61,881 nt of DNA from Acidobacteriota bacterium (GCA_003222275.1 QHVJ01000077.1:1-61881), one strand, 5' to 3'; positions 1-9,940 are shown, numbered from the stretch's first letter. The notes: generated from the sequence alone by a model not told the origin. Numbers and translations: made by a program.

Positions 1-1
1 G

Positions 2-1171
2 AGCTGGTGGCCGGCCTACACGGCGTGGCAGGCGTTTGCGGTGAAGGTCCTGGCCGAGGGTGGCCGCAACGCCGACAGCCACTTCAACCGGCTCTACGGC
101 TACGTCGACCGGATGCCGGTCTTTGCCCTCGCCTACCTGCTGGACGCTACCGTCGCCCGGGGAGAACGTTCTCCGCGCGAGGGGGAGCTGCTGCGTCGGA
201 TCGAGAATGCCGTGCTGCCGGAGGCAGGGATGGCCCACGTCGAGGAGCTGTCCGATCCGTACCTGCTGTGGTTCTGGAACTCCAACGTGCGGTCGACGGC
301 GGTCGTGCTCGGCAGCCTCGTGCGCGCGGTCCCCGACGACGGCCTGGCGCCGGCGATGGCGCGCTGGCTGGTGCGGGCGCGGAAGAACGGGCGTTGGGGC
401 AACACGCAGGAGAACGGCGTCGCCCTCGAGGCGCTCGTGGACTACTACAAGAAGTACGAGTCCGAGGTCCCCGATTTCACGGCGGAAGTGAAGCTGGGCT
501 CGCGCGAGCTGGCCCGCGACGCCTTCACCGAGAGGTCCAGCGAAGCGCGCCCTCACGACGTTCCCATGAAGGACCTGCGGGCGCGCGGCCCGGAGGGGGA
601 GAAACTCGATCTCGTCTTCGAGCGCAAGGGAGCGGGGACGCTGCACTACGTCGCGCGGTTGAAGTACGCGGTCGACGCGCCGTCCCTGCCCGGCATGGAC
701 AAGGGGTTCCTCGTCGAGCGCCGCTACGGTCCGGCGAACGGCGGCGACACGGCGTCGCCGTCGACCCGCTTCAAGGCCGGCGACCTCGTGCGCGTGACCT
801 TGACCTTCCGGCTGCCGAAGGAGCGCCGGTTCGTGGCCGTGACCGATCCTCTTCCCGCCGGGTTCGAGCCGGTCGAGTCCTGGTTCGCCACCACTGCCGC
901 CGACCTTGCGCGCGAGCAAGAAGGCGAAGAGAGCCCGCGTGACAACTGGGAGCGCTGGTGGCAGAAGGGCGGCTTCGACCACGTGGAGCGGCACGACGAC
1001 CGCGTCCTCCTTTTCGCCACGCGGCTGGCCGAGGGTGAGCACATCTTCTCTTATGTCGTCCGGGCCACGACCGCCGGGACCTTCCGTACGGCCCCCGCGC
1101 GGGCCGAGGAGATGTACGAGCCCGAGGTCTTCGGCCGCACGGAATCGGCCGTGATCGAGGTGACGCCATGA
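2..1171 (+). CDS. Bacterial alpha-2-macroglobulin family protein, C-terminal part (5'-truncated by window)
   Basis: Frame open from position 2; WGNTQEN, DPLPAGFEP, ERHDDRV and APARAEEMYEPEVFGR motifs of the A2M C-terminus; directly upstream of pbpC as in the known yfhM-pbpC pair. Confidence 0.9.
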   Translation, partial: SWWPAYTAWQAFAVKVLAEGGRNADSHFNRLYGYVDRMPVFALAYLLDATVARGERSPREGELLRRIENAVLPEAGMAHVEELSDPYLLWFWNSNVRSTAVVLGSLVRAVPDDGLAPAMARWLVRARKNGRWGNTQENGVALEALVDYYKKYESEVPDFTAEVKLGSRELARDAFTERSSEARPHDVPMKDLRARGPEGEKLDLVFERKGAGTLHYVARLKYAVDAPSLPGMDKGFLVERRYGPANGGDTASPSTRFKAGDLVRVTLTFRLPKERRFVAVTDPLPAGFEPVESWFATTAADLAREQEGEESPRDNWERWWQKGGFDHVERHDDRVLLFATRLAEGEHIFSYVVRATTAGTFRTAPARAEEMYEPEVFGRTESAVIEVTP

Positions 1172-3507
1172 CACGAAGGACGCTCGCCTACGGCATCGGG
1201 CTCCTGTCGCTGCTCGCCGCCGCGTGGATACGCTGCGGACCGCTGCCCGACGGGCTGCTCTCGACGCCCGACCAGGTCTCGACGGAAGTGGTCGACCGCC
1301 GCGGCGTGCCGCTCTACGAATCGCTCTCCGCCAACGCCACGCGGAGCCGGTTCCTGCCCGCCGACCGCCTGCCCGAGACGCTCGTCGAGGCCACGCTCGC
1401 CGCCGAGGACCGGCGCTTCTTCGCCCACCCCGGCGTGGACCCGCTCGCGGTTCTTCGCGCGCTCTGGCACGACCTGAAGGCGGGACGGATGGCCGAAGGC
1501 GGCTCGACGCTGACGCAGCAGACGGCGAAGCTCCTCATCGACCGCCCGCGCACCCTGCGCGGGAAGCTGCGCGAGACCGTGCTTGCGCTGCGGCTCGAGC
1601 ACCGCCTGGGCAAACGCGAGATCCTGGCCCTCTACCTGAGCCTCGCGCCGTACGGCAACCAGCGCGTGGGAGCCGAAGCGGCGAGCCGGGGCTACTTCGG
1701 CTGCGGGGCCGCCAGCCTGACGCCTGCGCAAGCCGCCTTCCTGGCCGGCCTGCCCCAGCGGCCCACGGTTCTCGATCCGTACCGCAACTTCGACGCCGCC
1801 TTGCGCCGGCAGCGATGGGTGCTGGCGCGGATGGCGGAGGAGGGCTATCTCGACGCCGACGAGCTGGCCCGGGCTCTCGCCGAGCGCCTGAGGCTCGTCC
1901 GCGACCCGGCCGCGTTTACCGCGCACCACTTCGTCGAGCGCGTTCTCTCGTCGCTGCCCCGGCCGTGGCCACGGCGGGTCGAGACCACCCTCGACACCGC
2001 GCTGCAGGCCGAGGTGCGGGGCATCCTCGAGATGCACCGCGACCGGCTGCGCGACCACGGCGCGCACGCGGCGGCCGTCGCCGTCCTCGACAACCGCCGC
2101 GGCGAGTGGCTGGCCTGGGAAGGATCGGGGGACTACTTCGACGCCGACCATGGCGGCGCGATCGACGGCGTCGTCAGCCCGCGCCAGCCCGGTTCGGCCC
2201 TCAAGCCCTTCACCTACGCGCTCGCCTTCGAGCGCGGCTTCACCCCCGCCAGCGTCCTTCCCGATCTGCCGTCGCATTTCCCGACGGCACTCGATGGGGT
2301 CGTCTACAGCCCGCGGAACTACGACGGCGTCTTCCGCGGCCCGCTCCGGGCCCGGCCGGCCCTGGCCGGCTCCGAGAACATCCCCGCGGTGTGGACACTC
2401 TCGCAGGTCGGTGTCCCCGGCCTGCTGCGGCTGCTGCGCCAGGCCGGGCTCACCACACTCGACAAGAGCGCCGAGCATTACGGCTTCGCGCTCACGATGG
2501 GGGACGCCGAGGTGCGGCTCGACGAGCTGGTCGGCGGCTACGCGGCTCTCGCCCGCGGCGGCCTCGCCCGGGCGCCGACGATGATCCGCGCCCTCGTGCG
2601 GCCGGATGGGACGCGGGTCGAGATGCCGTCGTCCGAGCCGCAGCGGATCTTGTCCGACCGCGCGGCTTTCTGGGTCGCCGACGTGCTCTCCGATTCGCGC
2701 GCGCGCGCCTACGTTTTCGGCGTCGGCGGCAGCCTCGACTTCCCCTTCCAGGTGGCGGCGAAGACCGGCACGTCCCAGGCGTACCGCGACAACTGGACGC
2801 TGGGCTTCACGCGGGAAGTGACGGTCGGCGTGTGGGTGGGGAACTTCGACCGCGAAGAGCTGCGCAACTCGTCGGGCGTCACGGGCGCGGCGCCCATCTT
2901 CCACGACGTGCTGCTCGCCGCCCAGCGGCGCGTGATGGGCCGCTGGCCCGGCCCCGACGACCCGCCGCTGGCCGCGCCCCCGCCGGACCTGGTGCCGAGA
3001 CAGATTTGCGCGCTTTCGGGCCTCGCGGCCACGGAGCTCTGTCCCTCCGTGGAGACGGAGTGGCTGCCCCCGGACCGGCCGTTGTCATCGTGCCGGTGGC
3101 ATCGACATCGACAAGGCCGCGTGGTCGTGTCGTGGCCGCCGCGCTATCGGGCCTGGGCGCGCGAGCACGGGCGGCTGGACCTCACCACGATCGCCGAAGC
3201 GTCGCGGCCGAGCGAGGGTGCGTCTCCCCGGGCGGCGGAGGCCGCGGGCGAAGCGCCAGGCATCGTGAACCCGCCCAAAGGCGCAACCTACCTGCGCGAT
3301 CCGACGCTCCGCGATGCCTTCCAGACGCTGCCGCTCCGGGCCATCGCCCGCAGCCGCGCCCGCCTGGCTTGGGAAGTCGACGGCCGTGCCGTGGGCAGCG
3401 CTCTGCCGGAGGCGGCGGTGCCCTGGCCCCTGGTTCCGGGCCGCCACGTCGTCAGCGTCCGGGACGAGCACGGCCGCCGGGATGAGGCGGAGATAATGGT
3501 GAAGTAA
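1168..3507 (+). CDS. pbpC: Penicillin-binding protein 1C
   Basis: Transglycosylase motifs EDRRFF and GGSTLTQQ; transpeptidase SALK, SEN and KTGTS; C-terminal BiPBP-like tail; ATGA overlap with the A2M gene. Confidence 0.92.
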   Translation: MTRRTLAYGIGLLSLLAAAWIRCGPLPDGLLSTPDQVSTEVVDRRGVPLYESLSANATRSRFLPADRLPETLVEATLAAEDRRFFAHPGVDPLAVLRALWHDLKAGRMAEGGSTLTQQTAKLLIDRPRTLRGKLRETVLALRLEHRLGKREILALYLSLAPYGNQRVGAEAASRGYFGCGAASLTPAQAAFLAGLPQRPTVLDPYRNFDAALRRQRWVLARMAEEGYLDADELARALAERLRLVRDPAAFTAHHFVERVLSSLPRPWPRRVETTLDTALQAEVRGILEMHRDRLRDHGAHAAAVAVLDNRRGEWLAWEGSGDYFDADHGGAIDGVVSPRQPGSALKPFTYALAFERGFTPASVLPDLPSHFPTALDGVVYSPRNYDGVFRGPLRARPALAGSENIPAVWTLSQVGVPGLLRLLRQAGLTTLDKSAEHYGFALTMGDAEVRLDELVGGYAALARGGLARAPTMIRALVRPDGTRVEMPSSEPQRILSDRAAFWVADVLSDSRARAYVFGVGGSLDFPFQVAAKTGTSQAYRDNWTLGFTREVTVGVWVGNFDREELRNSSGVTGAAPIFHDVLLAAQRRVMGRWPGPDDPPLAAPPPDLVPRQICALSGLAATELCPSVETEWLPPDRPLSSCRWHRHRQGRVVVSWPPRYRAWAREHGRLDLTTIAEASRPSEGASPRAAEAAGEAPGIVNPPKGATYLRDPTLRDAFQTLPLRAIARSRARLAWEVDGRAVGSALPEAAVPWPLVPGRHVVSVRDEHGRRDEAEIMVK

Positions 3508-3601
3508 CCGCGGCCCACGCGCTCGCCGTCGCGCTGCTGATGACGGCCGTGGTCACGGTTATCGTCGCCCTGGCGACGGTTGCCCTCCGCTCGGAGTAAC
3601 A

Positions 3602-3744
3602 GCTGCGAGCGAAGCGGGATTCATTCCCCCCGGGCCGCGTAGCGGACCCGCTGGATGAGCGGCGGCGAATTCATTTCGGCGCCGCGGAAGAAGCGAGCGG
3701 GGGGTCAGGGGGGCGCGCCGCTAGCGCCCCCCTGCTCGATGATG
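3602..3744. repeat. Palindromic repeat family copy (composite)
   Basis: GCTGCGAGCGAAGCGGGATTCATTCCC...GAAGCGAGCGGGGGGTCAGGGGGGCGCGCCGCTAGCGCCCCCTGCTC, clearly homologous to the units at 30625-30930. Confidence 0.85.
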
Positions 3745-6502
3745 ACGCCGCCAGCGCTTTCGTCAGGATGGAGCCGGTGGCCTGCGCCGGAGGATCCAGC
3801 CCGAGTAGCGCGGCCAGGGTCGGGGCGACGTCGATCTGGCGGATCGGTCCCAGGCTGACGCCGCGGGCCACGCCGGGACCGGCCACGACGAACCCCGCCT
3901 GCATCTCGCTGCGCTCCGGGTTCAAGCCGTGCGCACCCCGGGGAGCGACCTCTTCGACGACCGGGCCCTCGAGGGAAGCGGACACGTCGTAGCCGGGCGC
4001 GAGCGACAGGTACAGGTCGCCCCCGTTTGGCCCGCCGAAAGACGGCTCCCGGCCCGCGGCGCGGGGGTCGAGCAGATCGAGCACCACCGGCCGGGTGCTC
4101 GCCGGGTCGCGCACGCTGCGGAGCGCGGCGGCGACGGCCGCGCGCACGCCGTCTTCCTCCTCCGGGGCCACCACCCCTCCCGGCCGCGAGTTGCGATTGA
4201 TGAGGACGAAGCCCGAGTTGCCCGGGAAATAGACGGCCTTCGTTCGCGAAAGATCGATCCCGCCCCGCGCGTCCAGGGCGGCGAGGCCGGCCTGGACGAG
4301 CGCCACGTTGGGTCGCAGGAGGCGCGACGCGCCCGCCATGCCGTGGTCGCCGGCCACGGCCAGGATCGTGCGCTCGTCCGCGCGCGCCGCCAGGTGGCCC
4401 ACGTAGGCGTCCACCACCTTCAGCACCTCGTCGAGAAAGCCGTGCAGCCTCCCGGCGAGCGCGGCATCGTGGCCGGGGAGGGTCGGATCGAGATACCCCC
4501 GCCAGAGATGGAGCGCCTCGTCGGGATACGGGAGGTAGGTGACGAGCAGGTCGCGTGCGGTGCGGTCGAGGGCGAAGTCGGCGAGCCGCGTGAACTGACG
4601 AGCCACGAGCGCCACCGTCTCGAGGTAGCGCCGCTCCGCCGTGCCGTCCCCGGCCTTCCACAGCGGCGGCCCCAGCTCGCCGCGCTCGTAGGCCCGGCCG
4701 CCGCCGTTGCCCACGAATCCTCCGGAGGCCTGGTAGGCCGCCGACTCGACGCGCGGCTTGCTCGCGCGGAGCAGGTGCACGCCGGAGCGATAAAGAAGGA
4801 TGTGAGTGCCGTCGGCGGACAGCTCGAACAGGCGGAAGCAGGCCGCGGCCTCGCCACCGCCGATGCGCAAGGTCAAGCCGCCGAAGGCCGAAGCGTCGGC
4901 GCCGCGGGCCGGCGTCGGCTTGAGAACGATGCCTCCCTTCGCATCGCGATCCAGACCGACGTAGAGCGTGTCGAAGCCGTGGGTGGGATCGCCGGGATCG
5001 TCGTACAGCAGGCCGTCGATGCGCGCGCCGGACAGGGCGATCTCGATCTCCTTCGGCGCTCCATCGTGCGCGGGAAGCGCACCGCGCCACTCGCCGACGT
5101 CACGCAAGGGTAGATCGGCCGCGGTGTAGGCACGGTCGGGGATCTGAACGCCCTGGTAGGCGTTCATGAGCGTCAGCCCGCGGCCGTAGTTGCCGCCGAA
5201 GCGGCGCTCCTCGAGGAACGGGCCGAAGGGAAACGTCTGCGTGGCGGACACGACGCTGGCGTCGAGGCCCTGGCGGGCGGCGGTCACCCACAGGGGCTCG
5301 GCGACGAGGTGGGCCGACGTGTAGCCGTCGTCGCTTTGCAGCACCGACGCCCCGGGCACGGCCACGTCGTTGCCCGCGATGCCGTTGCGGTCGCTCCACG
5401 CACCGGTGAAGAGCGCGGCGTGGCCGGCGGCGGTCTTCGCGGGCAAGGTGCTGAGGGACGACGTGGCCGTGGCCCCGCGCTGGCGCAGCCGGGCCAGGCT
5501 CGGCATGACCCCGCGCGTCACCGCGTCGTCGAGGAGGTCGGCGGCGGAGCCGTCGAGGCTGACGAGGATGGCTCGCGATTGGCGGCGGACGTAGGGGACG
5601 CGAAAGGACGCATCGACGGGGGGCCGGCCCGCTTCGTCCCACGCCGAGAGCCACAGCGAGCCGATGTCGGTGGCGGAGGCGGCGAGCCGCGCGCGCAGCG
5701 CCCGGCCCTGGCGCGCGTAGAGCTTCGAATAATAGAGGTCGTCGTAGCGGTCGTCGAAGGGCGTGTCCGCCAGGTCCTGGGGCCCCGCGGACTCGCGGTC
5801 GGCGGCGAGCGCGCTCTCGGCGCCCGAGAAGGAATCCTGCAGCACCTCGAAGGTGAAGGCCACCGGATCGACGACGCGGTGAGCCGGGGCCGGACGCACG
5901 TCCGCCTCCAGCTGGCACTCGTACCGCTCCACCATCTCGCCTTCCCAGCGGTTGTGGAAGCCCGTCTGGCCGGTGAGCTGGCCGTCGTAGTTCACGACCG
6001 CGTGGAGGGGGACGTGGGCGTCGCCCTCGTAATGGCTGACGGCCGCCGCCGCGGCGAGGATCCGTGTGGGTTCGCCGGCCCGGAACGCCGCCACGAGCTC
6101 CCGATACGCCTCGCCGACGCGCCAGGGCAAGCGTCCCTTCTCGACCGCCGCCGCGCCGTGACGCACCCGGTGCTCGGTCTCGCGGCGCGGGATGTCGGGG
6201 AAGGGGAACGCGCCGAAGGCGTCCATGTCGAGGAAGTGGTTCGGCCCTTCGCCGGGCTTTCCGGCGCCCCGCCAGAGATCCGGATCGATGGCGTGCTCGA
6301 CCACGTAGGACGCGTTGCCTTCGAAAAGGGGACGCAGCGCCACCGGCAGGAGCGGGATCGCCTTCGCCGTGACCATCCGGTGGGCGGTGAAACCCCACGC
6401 CCCCGCGGGCCGGGCCGGGGCGAGGACGAGCAGCAGCGCCGCCGCGGCCGCCGCCGGCGCGCGAGGCGCGCGGCGCGCGCCGAGAATGGAGCCGGAAGAC
6501 AC
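3671..6502 (-). CDS. Secreted fusion: S1/P1 nuclease / Zn-phospholipase C-like domain plus alkaline-phosphatase-superfamily (NPP/phosphodiesterase) domain
   Basis: Signal peptide ending AGA|WGFTAHR, HFLDMD, HYEGDAHVPLH, HNRWE; then LVSLDG, TAAGHAALFTG, PDEALH, GDHGM, GAHG, DVAPT. Confidence 0.8.
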   Translation of the reverse strand: MSSGSILGARRAPRAPAAAAAALLLVLAPARPAGAWGFTAHRMVTAKAIPLLPVALRPLFEGNASYVVEHAIDPDLWRGAGKPGEGPNHFLDMDAFGAFPFPDIPRRETEHRVRHGAAAVEKGRLPWRVGEAYRELVAAFRAGEPTRILAAAAAVSHYEGDAHVPLHAVVNYDGQLTGQTGFHNRWEGEMVERYECQLEADVRPAPAHRVVDPVAFTFEVLQDSFSGAESALAADRESAGPQDLADTPFDDRYDDLYYSKLYARQGRALRARLAASATDIGSLWLSAWDEAGRPPVDASFRVPYVRRQSRAILVSLDGSAADLLDDAVTRGVMPSLARLRQRGATATSSLSTLPAKTAAGHAALFTGAWSDRNGIAGNDVAVPGASVLQSDDGYTSAHLVAEPLWVTAARQGLDASVVSATQTFPFGPFLEERRFGGNYGRGLTLMNAYQGVQIPDRAYTAADLPLRDVGEWRGALPAHDGAPKEIEIALSGARIDGLLYDDPGDPTHGFDTLYVGLDRDAKGGIVLKPTPARGADASAFGGLTLRIGGGEAAACFRLFELSADGTHILLYRSGVHLLRASKPRVESAAYQASGGFVGNGGGRAYERGELGPPLWKAGDGTAERRYLETVALVARQFTRLADFALDRTARDLLVTYLPYPDEALHLWRGYLDPTLPGHDAALAGRLHGFLDEVLKVVDAYVGHLAARADERTILAVAGDHGMAGASRLLRPNVALVQAGLAALDARGGIDLSRTKAVYFPGNSGFVLINRNSRPGGVVAPEEEDGVRAAVAAALRSVRDPASTRPVVLDLLDPRAAGREPSFGGPNGGDLYLSLAPGYDVSASLEGPVVEEVAPRGAHGLNPERSEMQAGFVVAGPGVARGVSLGPIRQIDVAPTLAALLGLDPPAQATGSILTKALAASSSSRGALAARPPDPPLASSAAPK

Positions 6503-6505
6503 GCG

Positions 6506-7129
6506 CTAACGCAGGTGGACGCTGAGGGCGACGGGCTGGCCGTTGCGCAGGACCACGGCCCGGATGTCGCTCTCGGACTGCAGCCGCGGCCACAGGCCGA
6601 TGAGCGTCGCGAGGCTGTCGATCGGCACGTCGTTGATGCTCGTGATGACGTCGCCGGCCCGGAGGCCGGCGTCGCTCAGCAGGGTCCCCTCGGGGAGCCG
6701 CGTGAGCGTGAAGCCCGCCACCTGTCCTGCTTCCGTCACCGGGACGAGCGTCGTCTCGGCCAGGATGCGCGGCACCTCCTGCCCCAGCCGCCGCTCCATG
6801 TCGCGGCGCTCCATCGATCGCGCGGGCGTCGCGGGATCTTCGGGCGGGCCGGAGGCGATCGCGGGGGGCACGGAGGGAGGGGGCGCCGCCCTCATGCCGG
6901 CCAGGCGCACGTCCACGCGCTCGCCCCCGAAGTCGAGCGACACGAGTCCCGGAGAGACGGCGGTCACGCGGCCGCCGAAGGCGGACTCCCCGACGCCGGC
7001 GATCCGCTCGCGCCCCCCCGAGCGCAGGATGGCGACGCCGGCGCCGGGGCGGCGGCTCACGATGATGCCCACCGCCTCGAGGTCGGCGGGCGGCCCGGCG
7101 AGCACGGCGAGCAGGAGCAGCGGTCCCAT
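6506..7129 (-). CDS. GspC-like type II secretion protein with C-terminal PDZ domain
   Basis: N-terminal T2SSC-like beta region (AVGIIV...VAIL) and PDZ motif AGLRAGDVITSIN, VLRNGQP. Confidence 0.7.
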   Translation of the reverse strand: MGPLLLLAVLAGPPADLEAVGIIVSRRPGAGVAILRSGGRERIAGVGESAFGGRVTAVSPGLVSLDFGGERVDVRLAGMRAAPPPSVPPAIASGPPEDPATPARSMERRDMERRLGQEVPRILAETTLVPVTEAGQVAGFTLTRLPEGTLLSDAGLRAGDVITSINDVPIDSLATLIGLWPRLQSESDIRAVVLRNGQPVALSVHLR

Positions 7130-7138
7130 CGTCGACCC

Positions 7139-7167
7139 AAGCTATGCCCCCCGCCGCGTCGTGTCAA
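7139..7167 (-). promoter_or_regulatory. Sigma70-type promoter for the gspC-like gene
   Basis: TTGACA-17 nt-TAGCTT on minus strand, 9 nt before the ATG. Confidence 0.6.
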
Positions 7168-7170
7168 TTG

Positions 7171-7208
7171 CGAGCTGGGGTGCGCCGCGAGCACCCCCCA
7201 GCTCAACG
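7171..7208. repeat. Palindromic repeat family, solo second hairpin
   Basis: GAGCTGGGGTGC-GCCGCGA-GCACCCCCCAGCTCAA matches the 3' half of the 78-bp unit. Confidence 0.8.
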
Positions 7209-7241
7209 AGAGTGCTATAGTCGCGCCCGGTCCGGAGCTCC

Positions 7242-9236
7242 GTGCACTTCCCTCGCCCTCTAGCACTGCCGCCCGCGGCCGCCGGGGCGAGCCCCGCGGC
7301 GCGCGTCCGCCAGTTCCTCCTCCACACGTGGCGGGGCCGGAGCCTGCTCGCGTCGGTGGTGATCGTGGCCCTCGACATGGCCGGCGTGGCCATGCCCGGG
7401 CTCTTGATGGCGATCGCGGTCTGCGTGCTCGTGCTCTTCGGCCTCGTGGGCCTACCCCGGCTTTCCCGATGGGTGGTGCGCCGTCTGATGTGGCGGATCC
7501 GCACGAAGATGCTCGTGTCTTATCTCTTCATTGCCGTCGTTCCTCTCGTCCTGCTCACGATCTTCTTCCTGCTCGTCGGCTTCCTCGGGCTGTCGCTGAC
7601 CGCCTCGTACATGGTCTCCTCCCAGATGGAGCGCGCCGCCCAGGACCTGCGGAACCTGGCCCAGGCCACGATGACGGATCTTCGTCTCGATGACCCGCGG
7701 CTCCGGCAGACGCTCGAGGACCGTCTCTCTCCCGCCCGCAGCCTCTACCCCAACCTGGAATGGACGCTCGTCCGCGACAGCAAGCCTCTCGCCCGGCAGG
7801 GTGCGGCGCCCGCCGCCCGGCCCGGATGGCTGCCGGCACCCTCCTTCGCCGGCGTCGTCAAGGATGAAAAGCGCGAGGCCCTCCGCGGCCTGTGGGTCCA
7901 GGGCCCGTCGTTCCTCGTTCTCGACGTGCCTACCGACCAGGCGTTCTTCGCGCGCCTCGAGGCGAGCACCGGCATCGCCGTGATCGCTTCGGACAAGGAG
8001 GTGAAGGGACGAAGGGGCGCGGACGGCGAGGTCGAGATCTCCTCCGCGGACGAGCGCAAGCTGGAGGCGAAGCTCCACGGCTCGGGCGGGGTCCTGTTCT
8101 TCTCCGTCGTCGACCGCACGGACTGGGCCACCGGCAAGAAGGACGTGATGGGCCTCGCCATCCGCTACAAGCCCGCCGAGCTCATCCGTCGCCTCTCGCC
8201 CGGCTCCCTGGACATGAGCGACGTCTTCGTGAAGGGCATGGCCATCGTGGGCGGGCTCTTCCTCGTCGTGTACGGCGGGGCCCTGCTCGTGGGCGTGCTG
8301 CTGGCGCGCTCCATCACCCGCAACATCCACGCGCTCTCGGTGGGCACGGACCGGCTGCGCCAGGGTGACTTCAGCACCACCATCCCCATCCGGACCCGCG
8401 ACCAGCTGGGCGAGCTGGCCGATTCGTTCAACATGATGGCGCGCGGGATCGAGGACCTGCTGCGCGAGCAGGCCGAGAAGCAGAGGCTCGAGGAGGAGCT
8501 GCGCATCGCCCGCCAGATCCAGATGAGCCTGCTTCCCCAGGGCGCGGTCTCCCATCCTGGCCTGCGCATCTCCGCCCTGTGCCTGCCCGCCACCGAAGTG
8601 GGAGGCGACTACTACGACCTGCTGCCGCTCTCGGAGAGCCGGCTCGCGGTCCTGGTCGCCGACGTCTCGGGGAAGGGGACCTCGGCCGCCCTCTACATGG
8701 CGGAGCTGAAGGGGCTGGTGCTGTCGCTGTCGCGCATCTACGACTCGCCGGCCCGCCTGCTCGGCGAGGCCAACCGGATCCTCGCCGCCAACATGGACCC
8801 TCGCTCGTTCGTCACGATGACGTACGCGGTCGTCGATACCGCCGAGCGCACGATGCGGTACGCGCGGGCGGGCCACAACCCGATCCTCCATCTCGAGGCG
8901 GCCACCGGGCGCACCCGCATGCTCGCCCCCGCGGGGCTCGGCCTCGGCATCGACCCCGGCGACCGGTTCGAGCAGATCCTGGAGGAAGCGATGCTGCCCC
9001 TGCGCAGCGGGGACGTCTTCCTGTTCTTCACCGACGGGCTCACCGAGGCGATGAACGAGCGCTCCGAGCTGTTCGGGGAGATGCGCCTGCGCGAGCTGAT
9101 GGAGAGCGCCGGGGAAGCGGGCGACGGGAGGCCGGTGGCGGAGCTGAAGGAGCGCATCCTGGCCGAGATCCGCCGTTTCGTCGGCGGCGCCGCCCCCCAG
9201 GACGACATGACCCTGGTCATACTGAAGGTCGTATGA
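7242..9236 (+). CDS. Membrane HAMP + SpoIIE/RsbU (PP2C) serine phosphatase
   Basis: TM helices, HAMP (RDQLGELADSFN), VGGDYYD, DVSGKG, FTDGLTE, QDDMT. Confidence 0.9.
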   Translation: MHFPRPLALPPAAAGASPAARVRQFLLHTWRGRSLLASVVIVALDMAGVAMPGLLMAIAVCVLVLFGLVGLPRLSRWVVRRLMWRIRTKMLVSYLFIAVVPLVLLTIFFLLVGFLGLSLTASYMVSSQMERAAQDLRNLAQATMTDLRLDDPRLRQTLEDRLSPARSLYPNLEWTLVRDSKPLARQGAAPAARPGWLPAPSFAGVVKDEKREALRGLWVQGPSFLVLDVPTDQAFFARLEASTGIAVIASDKEVKGRRGADGEVEISSADERKLEAKLHGSGGVLFFSVVDRTDWATGKKDVMGLAIRYKPAELIRRLSPGSLDMSDVFVKGMAIVGGLFLVVYGGALLVGVLLARSITRNIHALSVGTDRLRQGDFSTTIPIRTRDQLGELADSFNMMARGIEDLLREQAEKQRLEEELRIARQIQMSLLPQGAVSHPGLRISALCLPATEVGGDYYDLLPLSESRLAVLVADVSGKGTSAALYMAELKGLVLSLSRIYDSPARLLGEANRILAANMDPRSFVTMTYAVVDTAERTMRYARAGHNPILHLEAATGRTRMLAPAGLGLGIDPGDRFEQILEEAMLPLRSGDVFLFFTDGLTEAMNERSELFGEMRLRELMESAGEAGDGRPVAELKERILAEIRRFVGGAAPQDDMTLVILKVV

Positions 9237-9940
9237 GCGCCGCGCGCGACGCCCAGCTCCACGCGCTCGAGGACCGGCTCGGCCACCGCTTCGTGGACCT
9301 CTCCCTGCTCGACCGCGCGCTCACCCACAGCAGCCTCGCCAACGAGGCGGCCGCGGCCGAGGGCCGGCACAACGAGCCGCTCGAGTTCCTGGGCGACTCG
9401 GTGATCGGCTTCGTGATGGCGGACCTGCTCCATCGCCGCGATCCCGAGGGACGCGAGGGAGGAAAGAGCAAGATGCGCGCCCAGCTCGTCTCGGCGCGCA
9501 GCCTCGCGCGACGGGCGGCGGAGCTGGGGCTGCCCGAGCTGCTGCGGCTCGGCCGCGGGGAGGAGAAGTCCGGGGGACGCAAGAAGACCGCGCTCTGGGC
9601 CGACGCCTACGAGGCGGTCATCGCCGCGCTGTACCTGGACGGCGGCCTGGAAGCCGCCCACCGCTTCGTGAGCGCGGAGTTCGCGACGGACCTCGAGCGC
9701 CCGGCCCTTCCCACCGAGGACCACAAGAGCCTCCTGCAGGAGATGCTGCAGGCGCGAGGGGATCCGGTGCCGGAGTACGAGCTGGTCGCCGAGGAGGGTC
9801 CGGATCACCGCCGCCGCTTCCGCGTGCGCTGCGTCGTGCGGGGAGAGGCGCTGGCGGAGGGCGAGGGCTTCTCGAAGAAGCAGGCGCAGCAGGAGGCGGC
9901 CCGCAACGCGCTCGCCCGGCTCGCGGGCGCCCTCGGCTGA
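9233..9940 (+). CDS. rnc: Ribonuclease III
   Basis: ALTHSS, NEPLEFLGD, ADAYEAVIAALYLDGG, dsRBD (KSLLQE...SKKQAQQEAA); ATG 9233 overlaps upstream stop. Confidence 0.95.
   Translation: MSAARDAQLHALEDRLGHRFVDLSLLDRALTHSSLANEAAAAEGRHNEPLEFLGDSVIGFVMADLLHRRDPEGREGGKSKMRAQLVSARSLARRAAELGLPELLRLGRGEEKSGGRKKTALWADAYEAVIAALYLDGGLEAAHRFVSAEFATDLERPALPTEDHKSLLQEMLQARGDPVPEYELVAEEGPDHRRRFRVRCVVRGEALAEGEGFSKKQAQQEAARNALARLAGALG

Noticed and set aside
2-3507. A2M-PBP1C pair as a novel system
   Set aside because: Well-described conserved gene pair.
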